From positions 27,470-91,469 of the forward strand of contig BPGA01000001.1 of assembly GCA_026002795.1 (NCBI GenBank): 64,000 nucleotides of DNA, read 5' to 3'. A model generated the notes under the pieces. The model had not been told where the DNA came from, made no database searches, and saw nothing but the letters and a program-made list of their open reading frames with translations. This stretch comes from Candidatus Pacearchaeota archaeon. Its GTDB lineage: Archaea > Nanobdellota > Nanobdellia > Pacearchaeales > GW2011-AR1. The position numbers were made by a program, and so were the translations under genes. Shown piece by piece: positions 61,187-64,000 of the stretch; the first letter of the stretch is position 1; the number at the start of each line of letters is the position of its first letter.

Positions 61187-61761
61187 AAACCTCCGTAAAG
61201 CACTAAACCATTCTTTATTTTTTTTTGAATATTCTTATCTAGCTTAGAAAAATCATCTAGGATAATCACTCTAATTCTTCTTTTTAAAACACTTTCAAAT
61301 TTGGAAAAATCAATCTCTTTCTTTATTTTAGAAACAACAAAAAAATCAATATCGCTTGATTCTACATCCTCTCCTCTTAAATAAGATCCAAATAAGATTA
61401 TTGCTTTTGGATGAAGCTCATTAATAATTTTGTCTCTTAATTCCTTCAAAGAAAGAATGTTATAAGACATTTTTAACCATATAAAAGAGTCATTTTCTCT
61501 ATTAGCGACATATCCGTCAAACGGCTTAGATTTCCTCTTAATTATAAGCCCTTTCTTAGTTAGTTCTCTTATATAGTTTCTAACAGAAGGGTGTGCTAAT
61601 TTTATCTTTTTACTTATCTCTTTTATGAAATGTATTGTAGTTGGCTCTCTAAAGAACACCTCTAAAACCCGGATATAGCTACATTTAACCATATGGTATA
61701 ATAATGTACCCTTTGGTATATAAATATTCCCTTTGGCTATTTTAACTTTATTGAATTCCAT
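61183..61761 (-). CDS. wHTH-fused minimal nucleotidyltransferase, paralog of 16598-17131
   Basis: 192 aa with FGSYLRGEDVESSDIDFFV and N-terminal IKEISKKIKLAHPSVRNYIRELTKKG. Confidence 0.8.
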   Translation of the reverse strand: MEFNKVKIAKGNIYIPKGTLLYHMVKCSYIRVLEVFFREPTTIHFIKEISKKIKLAHPSVRNYIRELTKKGLIIKRKSKPFDGYVANRENDSFIWLKMSYNILSLKELRDKIINELHPKAIILFGSYLRGEDVESSDIDFFVVSKIKKEIDFSKFESVLKRRIRVIILDDFSKLDKNIQKKIKNGLVLYGGL

Positions 61762-61762
61762 T

Positions 61763-64000
61763 TTATATTCTAAATATCATATCACCTCCTTGAGTAAAAA
61801 CACGGGCTGAACCTATGAACATTGTTTGAGTAACATTCGCATCACCAACAACATTTAGAGTGTTTTGTGGAGTGCTTGTGTTTATGCCAAGTCTTTCTGT
61901 TGTATTGTTCCAGAATAGTTTAGCATTATTTTGGCTTAAAACACCGTTAGCTCCTGCAAAAATTAAAGAGCCTTGATTAAAGCTTGAAAGTGTTAATCCT
62001 GCAAATGTTGGACTTGATGTTGTGTTTATGTCTTGTGGAAGGCTAAATGTCCATTGCCTATTTTGAGTTAAATCTTGAGGCCCTGTTGGTGTTACTGAAA
62101 TTTGATTTGCTGTTCCAATCATCTCAAGTGTTCTTGATTGTGGAACTGCGTTTGTTGCAGTTGAGTTTACTGATTGCAATTGTGAAAGTGTTACAGCATC
62201 TTGTGCAGATGTTCCATTTGCAAGATTAATGATTTTGTTGTTGTCCATGTTTATTGTTCCGTTGAAAACAGCAGAACCATTTACATGGAGTTTTTGTTGT
62301 GGTGTTGTTGTAGCAATGCCGACGTTGCCGCTACTGTCTATTCTTACTCTTTCTAAACCTGCTGTTGAAAATGCAAGCTGATTTGTTGTTGGTATGAACA
62401 TTCCGTTGTCAGTATCTGCAGAAAAACTGAAAGCAGGAGCAGCAGCTGTTCCATTAGCAGCCTGAATTACTCTTCCAGATGTTATTACTGTAGTACCTCC
62501 TATTTGTAAATTACCTGAGACTAAATTTAATGAATCACCGCTTGCTAAATCTAATCTATTTGCAGCTCCTCTAAACAACTGTACATCTGGATTAAAGTAA
62601 AGATTAGCTGTTGTATTTATTGAACCAACAACATCTAATGTTTGTTGTGGTGTTGTTGTTCCAATGCCGACTCTGCCTGTGTTTCCTACAAAAGTTACAA
62701 ACTCTGAATTAGAATCATTTAAAAAGGCTAACCTATAATCTCCTGCACCAGAATTCCAGTTAACAATGTTCCTTAATTTTATATCTCTTGTTGCCTGAAC
62801 AACTCCTCCAGCACTTACGTTGCTGTCATATTTTCCTCTGAAAATCACATCAGGAGAGTCTGAACTTGAATTATCTGCTACATCGTTTGCAAGTGCTATA
62901 GCACTTCTTGAAAATAAGATATCACGCCACCTATAACTAGAATTTCCTAAATCAAAACTATTATCTAAATCAGGAATTAAGCTTCCATTAATTTCTAAGT
63001 TATTAACTTGAAGTGCAGAAATATTAACAAAATAACCTGTTCTGAGCATAAATATCCCCACCAATAATTGAAAGCCCACCATTCTGCCAACCACCATTAA
63101 AATCAAAATTGCCATATACAGATGTGTTAAGTGGCATGAAAAAGCTAGAGTCATAACCATCAAGTTTGTCTGCGTTTACATTAGTTAAGCCAGAACCATT
63201 TCCTGAAAAAGTTCCATAAATTGTTCCTGTTGCATTAATGTCACCTATAACATTCAACTTATTTGCAGGTGTTGTCGTTCCGATGCCGACGTTGCCTGTG
63301 TTTGAATTTACAAACAAAACATTAGAGCCTACTGTGAGGTTGTTGTTAATAACTGCATTGTTTCTTATTGTTGTTGTTCCTGAAGAAGCTCCAAGTCTTA
63401 AGGTTGTTGCAGCTCCACCAATGTCAAGAGTTGTTGCAGTTGTATTTATTAAAGCGAAAGTTGTTGATGGTGTTGTTATATTTGAAATTATTGATGGACT
63501 TGTTAATGTTGGTGTGTTATTAAAAACAAGAGCTCCAGAACCTGTTTCATCTGTTACAGACAGAAGCAACATTAGCAGAAGAAATTGTAGAAACAAGATT
63601 TGAAGAAGAATCTGTTGCAACCAACCTATTTGCTGTTAATCCTGAAATTCTTGCGTTTGTTCCATAAATTGTTCCTGTTGCATTAATGTCACCAACAACA
63701 TTCAACTTATTTGAAGGTGTTGTTGTTCCAATACCAACATTACCTGAAGTGTCATTAACAAACAAATCATTAGTAACATTAAGACTTAGTCCTCCTGTTC
63801 CGCTACCTTGTATTTCAAGTTTTGCCCCCGGCGCCGTCGTTCCAATGCCGACGTTGCCAGAGTTATCTAATACCAACACATTGCCCAACCCACTCGACCA
63901 GAACAATAAGTCACCTCCTGTTCCTGCTCCATGAAGTGTCTCATTAGCAGAAATGATGTCCCAAGCCCTATCACCGCTTCTCTCTATTCTCAGTCTACCG
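61763..64000 (-). pseudogene. second giant GNVGIGTT-module gene, 5' end outside the window, with at least two frame changes
   Basis: Three overlapping frames (63547-64000, 63024-63620 and 61763-63163) carry continuous sense, for example ...IIGGDIYAQ then TGYFVNISALQV. It contains the phage-tail-fibre-like motif DNNKIINLANGTSAQDAVTLSQLQ. Confidence 0.65.

Larger units (their letters stand above)
52241..63858 (-). repeat. dispersed GC-rich 23-nt coding motif GGCAACGTCGGCATCGGGACGAC (plus strand gtcgtcccgatgccgacgttgcc), at least 28 copies
   Basis: A manual scan found the core atgccgacgt with motif starts at 52241, 52514, 52952, 53240, 53851, 54574, 54793, 55465, 55813, 56035, 56271, 56514, 56745, 58169, 58635, 58870, 59207, 59710, 62307, 63274 and 63836. 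Diverged copies are near 53638, 57265, 57650, 58521, 59446, 62655 and 63720. Confidence 0.9.

Noticed and set aside
52448-63934. Many plus-strand ORFs of 60-140 aa containing VVPMPTLP (for example 52841-53083, 53755-54180, 55294-55557, 57599-57850, 63238-63603, 63686-63934)
   Set aside because: They are the antisense reading of the GNVGIGTT motif and its modules. Each lies wholly inside a longer or more coherent minus-strand frame and has no independent start or RBS context.
51910-64000. Prophage tail module
   Set aside because: Tail-fibre-like motifs are present, but no capsid, portal, terminase, integrase or baseplate genes occur in the window. The first gene has a cellular-type signal peptide. 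The question stays open only for the region beyond 64000.

Overview
Strongly AT-rich archaeal sequence. Archaeal markers are a thermosome, Rpo7/RpoE', Spt4, eS24, eS31, and an intron-containing tRNA-Tyr with a C1:G72 pair. The gene content suggests a small-genome, possibly DPANN-like organism, but that is inference only. Layout: (1) 0-10.4 kb holds housekeeping and redox genes: two saccharopine-dehydrogenase-like paralogs, an aldehyde dehydrogenase, a glutaredoxin, the thermosome and a CBS protein. (2) 10.5-23.5 kb is an accessory or defence island on the minus strand. It contains a five-gene translationally coupled operon (wHTH-nucleotidyltransferase, HEPN, SF2 helicase-nuclease, beta-class DNA methyltransferase, DGQHR/DndB-like protein). 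Next comes a second operon with a decayed Mod-type methyltransferase, RNase HI and a transglutaminase-like membrane protein. The island ends with a broken DDE transposase beside tRNA-Tyr. (3) 23.7-51.7 kb is mostly core genes: tRNA-His plus hisS, a three-gene surface-protein operon with five near-identical 267-bp tandem repeats, tRNA-Ala, Dph6-like protein, ScpA, the rpoE'-spt4-S24e-S27ae cluster, tRNA-Trp, HtpX, Lhr plus MPE, cupredoxin/DoxX/VKOR, and nrdR-nrdJ-trx. (4) 51.9-64.0 kb, running off the window, is the most unusual part. It is a visibly GC-richer minus-strand locus of giant tail-fibre-like surface-protein genes built from modules. The modules are delimited by the peptide GNVGIGTT, which is encoded at least 21 times by an almost invariant GC-rich DNA motif, conserved even at synonymous positions. 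Identical modules are joined to different partners exactly at this motif. The locus carries many frameshifts and has a second HEPN/nucleotidyltransferase pair embedded in it. I read it as a candidate cassette-shuffling system for a surface adhesin, with repeat-driven misassembly as the alternative. No CRISPR array, rRNA or integrase was seen.
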